A program made the position numbers and the translations under genes. Below are positions 12,211 through 26,363 of a stretch of 64,000 bases of DNA, one piece after another. Origin of the DNA: Octopus sinensis (taxonomy: Eukaryota); contig NC_043015.1 in the NCBI RefSeq assembly GCF_006345805.1, forward strand, positions 39,184,001 through 39,248,000, read 5' to 3'. The notes under the pieces are model-generated. The model was given only the letters and a program-made list of their open reading frames with translations. It searched no databases and was not told the origin of the DNA. How positions within the stretch are numbered: position 1 is the stretch's first letter; the number at the start of each line of letters is the position of its first letter.

Positions 12211-12848
12211 TAAGGGTAGAGATTAGAATTCCCTGGCCTTCATTTGTGTCCGTTGGTTACTTTCTATTTCTGATGTTGCAATGTGACATGATAACAGTGA
12301 GTCGTGGTGTTTGACTCATTAAAGAGACACGGCATTAGGACGGACATTTTTAATAGATGCCTGGCTTATGACTCGAGTCAGACTCATTGCTAGACATCTG
12401 CATCGTTATGAAGCAAATCATTTCGCAACGCAGTCCAAACGTGAATCTAAAAGTGAATGTTGAATACTTTACTAAGAAGAGAATACAAGGTTGTGGCGTT
12501 GATGCCTTTTCAATTCGTCATAAAAAATGAAGTGGAATAGCTTAAATTTGAAAGAGCAACAATGCGGTTGGTGGGCAAGGCTGGAATGGGAAATGTTCTT
12601 GGAAGTGTTAACTTGAAATATCAGAAATAACTGGACAAGAAAGGTCAAGTTAATATTTGTTGTGCCCAAGGGTCAGTCGGATAAAGGAAAGGGTAGGCTT
12701 GATCGAAGACTTACAGTGTAATGTTTAAATAAGACCCAGTTTTGTGTGTGTGTGTGTGTGTGTGTGTTTATACATGTATATATATACATGTATATATATA
12801 TACATGTATATATATATACATATGTATATATATATGTATATATATATA

Positions 12849-12900
<52 letters not shown>

Positions 12901-12949
12901 CATGTATATATATACATGTATATATATACATGTTATATATATATGTATC

Positions 12950-12985
<36 letters not shown>

Positions 12986-13075
12986 TATATATATATATAG
13001 TATTATATATGTATATATATATATGTATATGTATCTATATACATTTTATATATATTATATATATGTGTGTATATG

Positions 13076-13107
<32 letters not shown>

Positions 13108-13108
13108 C

Positions 13109-13427
13109 ATATATGAAAAAGCAAGTCAAAAATAGAAAATGCTAAAATAATTTTATAGTGAACATTTCAGTACCGGTTTCGGTCATTTTGAGACCTTTTC
13201 AATTGTGCACAAGTGCAAACAAGGGAGTCAGAGAAAGGCAGAATGCCACTTATATCTGAACACTACTATAGAAATATTCCTTTAAAAAAACTTTTCTTCT
13301 AATTTTTCTAAATTTAATTATTTAATCGTTACAGTTGAAAAGGTCTCAAAATGACCGAAACCGGTACTGAATGTTCACTATAAAATTATTTTAGCATTTT
13401 CTATTTTTGACTTGCTTTTTCATATAT
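13109..13427. mobile_element. Young inverted repeat (98/97-bp arms, 124-bp spacer) carrying a minimal hammerhead; Penelope-like terminus
   Basis: Arms 13109-13206 and 13331-13427 differ by 1 substitution and 1 indel. Both sides are bordered by (TA)n. Confidence 0.75.
13332..13369 (+). ncRNA. Minimal type I hammerhead with U3-A8 core
   Basis: CAG-UUGAAAA-GGUC(UCAAAAU)GACC-GAAA-CCGG-UA^CUG. Perfect 4-bp stem II, palindromic stem III ACCGGU, stem I CAG/CUG. Confidence 0.6.
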
Positions 13428-13484
13428 CAACACGTGTGTTCCTTTTCACCCTTATACATATATACATTATATATACATGTATAT

Positions 13485-13585
<101 letters not shown>

Positions 13586-13950
13586 TACATATACATATAT
13601 ATATATATGTGTGTGTGTATGTATGTATGCATGTATTGTGTCTATAATCTCGAACCCGGGATCTTGATCCAGACATACTCACACATACACACACACACAC
13701 TCATATACGCGAGCGCGCACTCATACTCACACATCCACATATTCAAGCAACCCCCCACTGACACCCCCCCCACACACACGTATCTATGTATGTATAAACG
13801 TTTTGATCGGAAGGAGTTATCTAAATAAGATAATTTCATGGAAAATAGTAGCAAAGTGATAAATGGATTAGGAAGCCATTTATAACTGCTGCATCCTACA
13901 AGTTTTAGACCAAGACAGTCAGCACATTGCCTCTCGTAAGTGTGTGCATG

Positions 13951-14021
<71 letters not shown>

Positions 14022-15807
14022 GCACACATACATGTATGCGTGTGAGTATCTCACTGATATTATATTGCACCCGTTTATGTCGGCGATTATCAGTTTTAAG
14101 CTATAATATCAGCCATTGTATGGAAATTAAATTGATGTTGTTTCTTCTAAAATTCACATCATATTTCTCTCTCTTTTTCCTCCGCGTATCTTTAATTTTC
14201 GTTTTCATTTCAAATGATCAAGGGACGGAAACGACAGAAGCAAATATAATAAAATATGTAGAGAATATGTCTGAATGAAAACCCCACCATTGTAATTGTT
14301 GTTATAAGATGAGGAATGGCGTATTTGACGAGTGAAGAACTCGGTTCTTTCTGCTTCTCTTTTCTTTTTTTCGTTTTGAAATGGAAACATTCTTTTAGAG
14401 AATATGAGAGACTAATGGACTGTTGATGAAAAGGTGAACAAAAAAAAAACATTGCCGATAAAGATTGTTAAACAAATTGAGTTGGATGTCAAACGCCTGG
14501 CGCCTCTGTGAATAGTCGATTCAAAAATGGAATGGAAAGACATTTGAGCAAAACAAAGCAAACTGAAACGGAATATAATGTGACGAAACGAAACAAATAG
14601 AAGAAAGAATAATGTAAGAAATTGGAGAGTGAGAGAGAAGGAGAGAAGGAGAGAGGGAATGCATTTGTCGGTTGGTTCTCAATGTCTGCCAATGATGTAA
14701 TAAGTGGACTGTAAGATAGGAGACACAATGTCGACGGGAGTGCGCATTAAAACATGCTTTCTTATATAAATATATTTGCCGAGAAGACGAAGGAGAACAA
14801 CAACCGAACATCGATTGAAAACTATAAAAATAGCAATACAAGGAAAAACACACACGTTCACACACACACGTACACAGACACACACGTGCTGACACACACA
14901 CACATGCTCACACACACAGACATCCACACACACACAGACATCCACACACAATGTATGGATGTATGAACGATTACGTGTTTATATTCGTGTTGCGTATCGT
15001 AAATCAATTGCCTTCCTTACTTTCAAAAATTAGTTGAGAAAACTACATAAGCATATATATATATATATATATATATATAGTGTGTGTGTGCGTGTGTGTG
15101 TGTGTGTGTGTGTACGTAATGTGTATACTTAGTGAGAAAAAGCAAATAAATAAAATATACGATTTCGTTATTAGCCGAGAATGTGAGAGTTTAACACACG
15201 TTACTCAAGGGATTATAGTTTCGTATCGAGAAACTGTTAAACGTGTTTTGAGATGTGCCTGTATATGGCTGTGACGACTGGAATCTTCTCAGACAAGACA
15301 TATACATAAATACATACATATAAATATATATGTACATACATACACACACACATATACACATATACTCACACACACATATATACATCTATATATATATATA
15401 TAGCATGGCCACAGCTCGTGAGCTGAAACTAGATAAAATAAAAAATAAAAATATATATATATACGTATATATACTTATGTACATATTTGTGTGTCTATAT
15501 GTTTGTATACATAGTTGAGTGTGCATGTGTCTGTATTTATCTGTGTGTGTGTGTGTGTGATGCTTATATAGATGTGTTTGTATGAATGTAATATATTCTG
15601 GAAGCTAAACCGTTTCAGAGCCAATTTCTACGGAGACAGTTTTTATAATATTCTTTGTGAATATTTAAATTGATTTAATAAAAGGATTGAATCAACGAGA
15701 TGGAAATATATAGCAATTAAATTAATGAAATAATGTGTTTGTGTGTGTGTGTATTTATATGCATGTGTCCATATATATGAGCATATACATGTGTGTGTAT
15801 ACATGTT

Positions 15808-15855
<48 letters not shown>

Positions 15856-15929
15856 AGTGTGTGTACATACACACACCTAGATGCTAAATGTATGTACATA
15901 CACATGTATATAAATGTACACATATTTCT

Positions 15930-15990
<61 letters not shown>

Positions 15991-16078
15991 CATATACTTA
16001 TACAATACATATATATATACCTATAAATATGTAATATTATATGAATGTATATATGTATGTATATGTGTGTGTGTGTGT

Positions 16079-16136
<58 letters not shown>

Positions 16137-16546
16137 TGAATATATATTCTATATATAAATATATTGCGATATTCCGTTCAGATATAAGGTTATTAATAAT
16201 CTGACTGTAGAACTCAATATACGTTATGTTTCATAATAAAGAGGAATTCGAGTACAGAGCGTAAATATGGAATTAAATAAACGGCAAAGGAATGTAATGA
16301 ACTTCATTAGCATACAGTTGTTTCTGCTACGAGAGGCAGTGTACTCAGAATTGGGTGCTTGTGCATCATCTTACAGCTTCTTCGGAGACTTCTAAGATGA
16401 AGTGCAAGTTTTTTGAGAAAGCGTTTTACATTTATAGGAAAAGATCTCCGTCGCAAAATATAAAAATACATAAGAAATCGAGTATAAGTTTTGAAGAATA
16501 AAAGCCACTCACAGAAATAAGTAAATCTAGATCATATATATATATA

Positions 16547-16790
16547 TCTTATATAAATTCCGTTCTGTCTGTCTGTGTGTGTGTGTATGTGGCTTCTAGG
16601 ATCTCAGGCATCGTCCATCCGATTGCGCTCAAATTTGATATGTAGATACCGACGGTATCAGGTCTTGAAAAAATTACAAAAATCGATTCCAAGTGAGAAT
16701 GCGATCGATAAAGCCGTGGGAAATCGTTTTACTTTGGAATAGAAAAAAGTCTATCGTTATTTCTTCTTTTGCTGGTGTCTCGAATTTAGG
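16547..16790 (+). mobile_element. Helitron-like non-autonomous element, 5' part only
   Basis: Starts TCttatataaa followed by (tctg)n(tg)n like the other Helitron copies. No 3' hairpin or CTRR found. Confidence 0.4.
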
Positions 16791-16910
16791 TTGAATCAGT
16801 GTTTCTCAAAAGGGAGGCCTATGGGACGGTCGGACAAGTTGTTTTGAGAAAATTTGGTTTAAATGTTTGACAACTCAGCACCGTCCATTGGACGGGGCGC
16901 GTTTTGCTCG

Positions 16911-16941
<31 letters not shown>

Positions 16942-18944
16942 GAAATTTAACCAGGAAGTTAAAATTGCCATGCCAGCAAGGAAGGAGACTTACGAAGTCT
17001 CCCCTTTTGCCCAAACGGTAACCTGAGGTGCGAAAAGTTACAGCAGACACACTAAAACTTCATGGAATTAACTCTTGGAGTTAATTTGGGCAATGAAATT
17101 AGATTGGTTAATAACGGATTCTGGCGGACCATTTGATGACTTCATAACAAGAAGTCCCTTCTTCCACACTTAACATTAAGACTTCGACTTTGTTTTTTTG
17201 TCAAACAGTGAAGTGCATATTTGGGAGGCGGAGAGAATGGATTGCTGATATCCGAAATCCAATCACGATACAATCTTCTGGTGGCATAGGTGGTGCATCT
17301 GCTGATGAACTCTAATGCCACAGAGACTGATGTCATAGATGCGGACAAGACCGTAGGAGAGGATGGAATTCAACCTGAAAAATGTTTAAAACCTTAAACA
17401 GAGGAGATATTCTCTTGCTCATTCGAGTATGCTAAGTGGCTAGGACACCTTAAGAAGGGGGACCGATCTGTATGGATGTGTTGAGTAGGGGACTTGGGTT
17501 GGCTTTGGAAGCGAAAGGTGCATATAAGAAAGGATTCAAATGTGAAACACTCGAAAGTTCATAAACTTAACCCCACAAACATGAAATTTGTAACATTTAT
17601 TTTTCATCAGCAAAACGTTAGAACATTTATTCAAGGACAAAAAATATTCGTGCGTGTCACTTATCAAACTTTGATGAGAGTCTGGCATTAATATCTTGGG
17701 TTTTAACTCACTCTTGAACTTCTGCCGATTAAAAATAAATAAATTAATAAATAAAACCTATCCGGGTTAGATTATGGAATTGGAATTACAGATTTATTTT
17801 AGACATCGTTAAGGATTAGTTAAAGACACAGATACTAAGAATTATACAGTTGCAGGCTATGGGCTCTCACCTATTTACTTGACTTTCTCACAACGATTTG
17901 AAATATTAAGTAATTCTCAAAATTCCGATTCCGTTGCGTTGGATATATTCTCTCTATCTATCGAATGGTAATAGACTAAAACCTCTAATATCTGTGGTAC
18001 AGACATCAATACCCCACCTCTTAGAAAATAACTTCATGTTTAGCCAAAGGGAATCGATATTTTCTTTGTATAGAACCCGAAAAAAAAGTCTTTTATTCTC
18101 ATCGTTCCATAAAATAAAACGTATAGCACAATTCTTGGATAAAGTTAGAATCAAAGGTGAGTACCAAAGGTTAGAATCGTCATCTGGAAGAGCAGACAAT
18201 TAGTCTGTATTTTATCCGGAGGTAATTGGTCAAACATGAGTTTAGTCTAACCGGAAAGACGATCGATTAAGATTTTTGTGTGAGTAAAATGTAATGGCCG
18301 CCATAGGAATGCAGTCGTGATTAACAATCAAGATGCCGCTTAATCATCAGTAAAATAGCATGAATGGGGTCTATTGACTGATGTCTAATAATCCAGTGAT
18401 TCTTTATCTCGCGTTGTGGATGAAAAAAAATGACGAAGGATATTCCTAGGAACAGAGGTGAATATCCTTATCTTTGGAACATTTAGTCTTTCATCTAAAA
18501 TAAACTTGATTGGAAATCATAACTCATTTCAGAATTTTTCTTAATGAAATTCCCGACATTGGAAAACTTGAAATGGACTGGCACTAGAGTGGCAGCAGAG
18601 AAGCAGCAGAGAAGCAGCACGATTGAAGTAGATTGGCAGCAGACGAACAGGAGATTACGAAGAAATCCGGGTTGAAGACGCTGTGTAAGTCGCCATCTTG
18701 ATGATATTAAATTCTCAAAGAAAAAAAATTAATGATTCGGTTTATCTAATCAATTAGATAACATTTAGTTTGTGCCGTAATTTGTCGTTTTGTGATAAAA
18801 GCTAAGGTTTGTCATTCTGTCTGATATAGTTAAGGAAAAAATTGCGGAGAGAAGCTACCAGTAACTGCCAGAGAGGAAGAACTTGTAAGATTGCAGATAT
18901 TTTGAGTAAGTTAACAACCAGAGGGAGAAGGAGAGAGAGAGAGA

Positions 18945-19003
<59 letters not shown>

Positions 19004-19026
19004 CGTGCGTGCATGCGTGTGTGTGT

Positions 19027-19057
<31 letters not shown>

Positions 19058-19224
19058 CGTGCGTGCGTGTGTGTGTGTGTGTGTGTGCGTGCGTGTGTGT
19101 GTTGTGTGTGTGTGTGTGTGTCTCGTTATTCGTTTAGCCGTTGAACTGCAGCCATGCTGGTCCCCGCTTTGAAACGTTTGAACAAACATACCAACGTCGG
19201 AGTAAATGACGATCCAGCATTATG

Positions 19225-20205
19225 AACAAGGCAAAAGCGGACAGTTGAATACAGGAGGAAAATAGAGAGTCTTGCAGATGGCCCAGAATCTGGACGTCCT
19301 GCAAATGCCTCCACCGAGGAAAACATTGATCGTGTTCATCACATGGTGATGGATGACGGGCAATTGGTTATAAATCAAAGAGACAATTCTTTTAACATGT
19401 CCTGAAGGGAAGTTGAGAGTACTCTGCACAAGGAACCTGTATTGATGAAGGTTTCTATTCCGTGGGTGCCACGTCTTCTAACACCTGATCAAAAGAGCAC
19501 CAGGCTGATCACATCATGGGAAAATCTGACATTATTTGAGGCAGATTCAGCTGGTTTTCTTGAATGTTTCCAAACCCAGCACAAGTGTTGGCTTCATCAC
19601 TTCGAGCCAGAGACAAAGGAACACAATGCACTCCTCCTCACCTGCTCCAAAGAAGACCAAGGTCATTTCATCTGCAGGGAAGGTGATGACTTCAGGTTTT
19701 TTGGATACAAAAAGCATTCTGTTTATTGACTGTCTTGAAAAGTGCCGCACTAGCATAGTCCTAATGGAGAGTTTTATTGCAAATTTGCTAAGGCAATTAC
19801 GAGAGGCGACCAAGACCAAACGTTCAGGAGTCTTGTTTCATCTGGACAATGCTCAAGCACACAAATCCTTGGTTTCAGTGGCTGCTGTGCATGACTCTAG
19901 CTTTGAACTGGTTGATCACCCTCGATATTCACCTGACTTGGCCCCCACTTGACTATCATCTGTTCCCCAACACGAAAGAACTCTCGTCAAACCAGTATCG
20001 CAATGACGATGGTGTCATATCTGCTGTTGACGAGATTTTTGACCAAACAGGATGAAAGCTTCTTCGTCAATGGAATCCAATCACAGCATCACCAATGGAA
20101 GACGTGTCTGGACCGCAAGGGAGACTATGTTACAAAATAAACCTCATTCCGACTGGTCACGTTCCACGAGAGAATCTTGGTCAACCTATGAGCATTTTTA
20201 GCCAA

Positions 20206-20208
<3 letters not shown>
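19225..20208 (+). pseudogene. Degenerate mariner (D,D34D) transposase remnant, 5' truncated
   Basis: Frameshifted motifs WVPRLLTPDQK, HHFEPETK, AGKVM, GVLFHLDNAQAH, HPRYSPDLAP, DYHLFPN, KGDYV. Residual 3' TIR-like sequence at about 20180-20208. Confidence 0.9.
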
Positions 20209-20245
<37 letters not shown>

Positions 20246-20271
20246 CACACACACACACACACACACATATC

Positions 20272-20425
20272 TACGACGGGCTTCTCCACAGTTTTCATCC
20301 ATCAGATCCTCTCACAAGGTATTGGTCAATCCATGACTATAGTAGAAGATATTTTCCCAAAGTGTTGCGCAGTGCTACTGAACTTGAAACCACGTGGCTG
20401 TGAAGAGTACTTCTTAACTACACAC
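20272..20425 (-). mobile_element. SINE family B, 5' half, degenerate
   Basis: Reverse complement of the family B head through gaagcccgtcgta. Confidence 0.7.
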
Positions 20426-20428
20426 TAA

Positions 20429-20466
<38 letters not shown>

Positions 20467-20485
20467 ATGTATGTATATATATGTA

Positions 20486-20561
<76 letters not shown>

Positions 20562-20707
20562 ACTCATTTATTTGTTTTATTTATTTTTGTTTATCGCTCG
20601 CATATGACCGTTATTTGAAAGGACCAATCAAACAAATCCATTTTTAAAGGTGTATCGTTTATGCTAGTTTTTGATCAAATTGTCATCTCGGTTCTATTTT
20701 AATAAAA

Positions 20708-20745
20708 CTGTCCGACGAACGGAAACGTGAAACTCCGAGTAATAG
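20708..20745 (+). ncRNA. Hammerhead-like fold with U4C core change
   Basis: CUGU-CCGACGA-ACG(GAAA)CGU-GAAA-CUC(C)GAG-UA^AUAG. All three stems pair. Confidence 0.5.
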
Positions 20746-21408
20746 CTTTAGTTAAATTTCTGCTGCTTTTAAATAAAGTATATATATATATATAGACATA
20801 CACATATATATCTATATATATAATTTATATAAATATATGTATATTTATATATATTATACATCCATACACAAGTGTGTTAAAATCAACGCCACCTACGATC
20901 AAATGTTTAAAACCCTCGTCCGCCGGACTCTCTAATAACTGAACCCAGCCAACTTTGCAGCGCCATCTACAAAGTGAGAAATAACTTGATCACAGTTCTG
21001 TCATCGATATGTAATGATCTGTATTATCTAGCAGCTATCAGAGATGAATAAACGAATCCCAATGATAGATTTAATGGCAGACGAAACTAATCGATCGTTC
21101 CATTCGATCTCATTTCCTGCCCACTCGGGGTCACTTGGTTTAACGACAGACTCAATTTTTTCAAAGCCAGGTTAAAAGTATGTTTAATAAAGATATGGTG
21201 GTAAATCTTATTAGGAATTTTTATCTTAAACGGCTGTGTTAGCGTTCCAGTTTGATTAAGCCCGGTGTTTCAGTTCTGATTGCTAAACACGACAATGGAT
21301 GGACCATTATGGTTTTTTCAGCGATCAAAAAAGAGCAATGGACAATACAGTGTGTGTGCGTGTTTTTTTTTTTTTTGTTTTTTTTTTTGTGTGTGTGTGT
21401 GTGTGTGT

Positions 21409-21456
<48 letters not shown>

Positions 21457-21670
21457 TAAAAGCATCAGTTAGCCATGCGTGAAAGCCTCCGCTCTTCCCG
21501 TTCCCGGTGATGCGCTGTAGAAAACCAAGACCAATGCCGCCCGGCGTCAGTAGCATCGCCTTCGGCGAGAGATAGATGTTGGTGTGCACGCGCGAGACTG
21601 TATGCATGTATGTATATATATATATATATATAGAGAGAGAGATAGAGATAGATATAGATATAGATAGATT

Positions 21671-21716
<46 letters not shown>

Positions 21717-21772
21717 GTGAAAGAAGGGGGATAGATAGATAGATTGATAGATAGAGAGAGTGAAAGAAGGGG

Positions 21773-21814
<42 letters not shown>

Positions 21815-22909
21815 AAGATACATGTGTGCATGCATGTATGAATATATATATTTGTGTGTGTCTGTGTGTGCATCTACATATATATATATAAATAAATATG
21901 CATGCAGAGAGGCACACGTATATAATCATTGATGTCACACCCTGTAAAGAACAAATTATAATTCCCGTCCCACCCCCCCCTTGTCTTTATATCCCAACAT
22001 CCAACATTTATTGCTAGCAGAAATAATCATAACACAAAACTATTGTGGCACTTTTAGAATTCGCTGAAAGTCTTTCAAATCAGCGTAGATATGCCATAGC
22101 AAAGCCGATACAATTGATCAGCGCCTATCCGTAGGCATTTTCAACGGTCTGATGGCTTTTGATATGATAGCAGTGTTGAGAATGACAAATCATACTCCAT
22201 TTTAGCATCATAAATGGAGAATGAGAATCGACTTGTAAAGCGGGAGAGTGGAATTATTGAAGTATGTCTCTGTAAAAATGAAAAAAAAAAAAAAGGAGAA
22301 AGAGAGAGAGAAAAAAGGGAAGGAAGAAAGAAAGAAAAATGTCCGCCACAAAGAATCGTAGCTAACAAGCAAATTTTCTAATTGAAAGGCGTTAGATTTA
22401 ACAAATAGCAACAGTCACTTTTGACTTTCATGAAGTCAAGTGGCGTGGAAACTAGCTAAACCATATTTGCCGTAAAAAGTGACAGGTGATAGAGTGAGCG
22501 TTAACACACCGTTTCTTCTGCTTGTTTTCTAATGAGGCATTAGCTATCTCGGTGGAATATGCAATGGACTGTGACAAAATCTCTTAGTTTGTCAACCGTG
22601 AAACTAATAATTGTAAAGAGAGGATAATTAGAGGACAGGCTATTCCATATGCAAAGAATAAGCAAATTAAGTCCCTAAGATACCCCGTAATTTTGTTTAA
22701 TTGAGTATTATTCAGAGCTGAGAAACGATGTTTCCGGTTAATTAACTCATGACTTTCCAACCAGAATTTAATAAAAACTTTCCTTTAAACCATCTTTTCG
22801 TCATTTTTTTTTTATATTCCATTTTCTTTTATTTAAATTTTCTTTTTTTCTTTCTGTGTTCTATAATCTTATTTTCTACATTTTATTACTACCACCCCCC
22901 GACCCACTG

Positions 22910-22970
22910 CCGCCCCCCCCCCCGCCGCCGCTTCGAGACCAGTGATCACGTGATAAAGATGGCTGCCGTT
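22910..22970 (+). promoter_or_regulatory. Promoter-like motif set: GC tract, ATCACGTGAT, YY1-like AAGATGGCTGCC
   Basis: Palindrome at 22945-22954 and YY1-like site at 22956-22967, directly after cgccccccccccgccgccg. Motif evidence only. Confidence 0.3.
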
Positions 22971-23139
22971 TCATTGAAAGCGGCAACATTTCAATAGAAG
23001 CGTATAAAATCAGCAACAACAATCATTAGCTCGCTATTAGCCATCACTAGCCCCGGGACAGATTGTTTACAACGGCCATTGATTTCGCATGCTACAGCGA
23101 CCGTCGCCGATTCCGAACCCACGATTACACAACTGAATA

Positions 23140-23525
23140 ACAATAATAATAATGATAATGATAATGATAATAATGATAATAATAATAATATAATAATAAT
23201 AATAATAATATAATAATAATAATAATTAATAATAATAATGATAATAATAATAGTGATAATAATAATAATAGATAGAATAATAATAATAATATAATAATAA
23301 TAACAATGATAATAATAATATATATAATAATAATAATGAAATAATAATATAATAATAATAATAATAATAATAATGATAATAATAATAATATAACAATAAT
23401 AAAATAATGATAATAATAATAATAATAATATAATAATAATAATAAAATAATAATGATAATAATAATATAATATAACAATAATAATAATAATGATAATAAT
23501 AATAATAATAATAATAACTACAACA
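23140..23525. repeat. Long imperfect (TAA)n array
   Basis: Directly visible, about 385 bp. Confidence 0.95.
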
Positions 23526-23605
23526 ACACAAATGTGCATATGTATGCAATTTAGTCATGCATGCCGAAGCACGTGTACGTATGCATAAGTACCCCGGTAG
23601 ATGCA

Positions 23606-23675
<70 letters not shown>

Positions 23676-23952
23676 GTACGCAGTTAGTTAAGCGACTGCA
23701 ATAAATACACATACACGCACACAAACACACACACACACAAGCACACGGGTACGCGCGCGCGCACATGCATTTGTATTCCCAGAAATGTTCATTCATGTTT
23801 TATAAATGCATTATTTATACATTTGCTCTCTTTCACCACACACACACACACACACACACACGGAAAGCGATGATACTTGCTAATATGAATCTATATTCGC
23901 CTAATTCCAAATTAATTGGCAAAAAACAGTGATTCAAATATACACGGATGCA

Positions 23953-24012
<60 letters not shown>

Positions 24013-24026
24013 GATATATATATATA

Positions 24027-24070
<44 letters not shown>

Positions 24071-24574
24071 TATATATAGGTATATATATGTATATATATA
24101 CGTATAAATATGTATATAATATATATATGTATATTATGTATATATATATATGTATATATATATGTATATATATACGTAGATATGTATAATATATATATTA
24201 TATGTATATATATGTATATATATATATGTATATATATATGTAATATATATGTATATATATATGTATATATATATGTATATATATATGTATATATATATAT
24301 ATGTATATATATAATATATATACGTGTCTATCAATCAATCTATCTATCTATTTATCTATCTATCAGTCTGTCTTTCTATGTGTGTGTTAGATAAACATGT
24401 GTATATGTAATACATATATAGTCATATTAGTTATATATCTATCACATAAGACCTACATTCACACATACATACATACATACATACATACATACATAATACA
24501 TACACACATACATACATGCATACATACATCATTCATACATATACACATGTATATGTGTATACACACACGCATAC

Positions 24575-24623
<49 letters not shown>

Positions 24624-25052
24624 TACACAAGTATACACAGACATCGACACAAACAGTTCCACTTCGGTAAATATCGATCTAAAGAACGGAATATATTTAA
24701 TGTCTGAAAGATCTTTTCCGAAGCAGAAATTTTTCCATATTGGAAATTTCAGATTGCCAGACTTAATTTTACTGCAATTTCTTGGAGTAAATTGACTCGA
24801 AAGTTGCCTCAGACTATAATTTTTTCAAATATCGAGTAAATTGTTGATTTTAAATCTATTACAAATTGTATTTTGGTATTGATTTTCTATGAAAACAGAG
24901 GTAAAACTAATTTTTAAACAATGACGTCATGAAAGAAAAACGTTCAGCCGACGCAAGTGATGAAAGGTCATCTTCAATGAAGACATGTCAGAAATGGTGT
25001 AAGTTCAATTTACATAAGAAATTTCCGTTCTTGTTTTGTTTTGTTTTTTAAA

Positions 25053-25374
25053 TCTCTGTATATATAAAGCTGAAGTTGTCTGTGTATGGCAGGTTTGGTA
25101 GCCTTCAACTAACACTATCTCCTCCGAGACCCTGCGCCGCAAGTTGACCAAAATTGAGAGTATGATAGAATAAGGCTTGCTCTTCCTTCCGTAGAAGAAA
25201 AAAATTCAAATCGGACCATGTTAACACCAAAAATTATTTACATCAAAAAGGTGCTTCTTTCTATGAAAATCCCTATTTTTTTACGATTTTTTGACTGCTT
25301 TGTCGCCATTTTTCGGTGTATTTCAACCAGAAAAATGTTCACTTAAAGAGAATAACAAGCCACATAATGCAAAA
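25053..25374 (+). mobile_element. Non-autonomous Helitron, 3' truncated (same family as 49610-50006)
   Basis: Near-identical to 49610-49935. Breaks off at cataatgcaaaa where a SINE begins. Confidence 0.8.
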
Positions 25375-25600
25375 TGTGTGTATGTGTTTATGAGCGGAAC
25401 ACCTAAGCTCCACGCGGCTCCGGCAGAAGATAATGGCGAACTTCTGCTGACTCTTTCGCCACAACATTCTTTCACTCTTTCCTCCTGCATCTTGCAGCTC
25501 ACCTGTGACAGACCGGCGTCCCGTCCAGGTGGGGAACCTATACGCCAAGGAAACCGGGAAACCGGCCCTTATGAGCCAGGCATGGCTCGAGAAGGAACAA
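25375..25600 (+). mobile_element. SINE family D, 5' truncated
   Basis: Matches 59925-60143. Confidence 0.8.
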
Positions 25601-25748
25601 ACAATGGAATACATATTTTTCATTAATGTTGGGAACTTCCTAAGTTTCTATTCCTTAAACTTCACACACACACACACACCACACACACACACCACACACA
25701 CACCACACACACACACACACATCACACACACACAACATACACACCACA

Positions 25749-25818
<70 letters not shown>

Positions 25819-26093
25819 GAGCTTAATAAGCATTGAACAACATCTAAAACTCGCTTAATGTCTCTCGCAATAGATTCGAACCCAAAATCTTGTAGCTGCG
25901 AACTTTTACATTCTCGCGAGTTTTTTTTTTTTTAATTGAATTTTTTTTGAGGATATTTAGTCTGGCTTAAAGCTGGTTCAAACTCAGCTGAGCAGATCTT
26001 CACTTAACTTTTATTTATTTATTTATTTCCTAGCAACAATATTTGAGATTTTTGTAAAAAGTGAAATAAAGTAAAAAAAAAAATTGTCTTTAG

Positions 26094-26309
26094 TTACTCT
26101 TTTACTCTTTTATTACTCTTTTACTTGTTTCAGTCATTTGACTGTGGCCATGCTGGAGCACCGCCTTTAGTCGAGCAAATCAACCCCAGGACTTATTCTT
26201 TGTAAGCCTAGTACTTATTCTATCGGTCTCTTTTGCCGAACCACTAAGGACGTAAACACAGCAGCATCGGTTGTCAAGTCTTGTTGGGGGGGACAAACAC
26301 AGACACACA

Positions 26310-26363
<54 letters not shown>

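Noticed and set aside
16797-16812. hAT/Charlie-like TIR cagtgtttctcaaa
   Set aside because: No matching right TIR or 8-bp TSD was found.
17100-17380. Complex unique sequence with a good minus-strand acceptor at 17375
   Set aside because: All frames from the acceptor hit stops before any donor and no peptide is recognisable.
18074-18156. Plus-strand exon candidate with GTGAGT donor
   Set aside because: Splice signals are plausible, but the sequence is very AT-rich, the peptide is unrecognisable and there is no partner exon.
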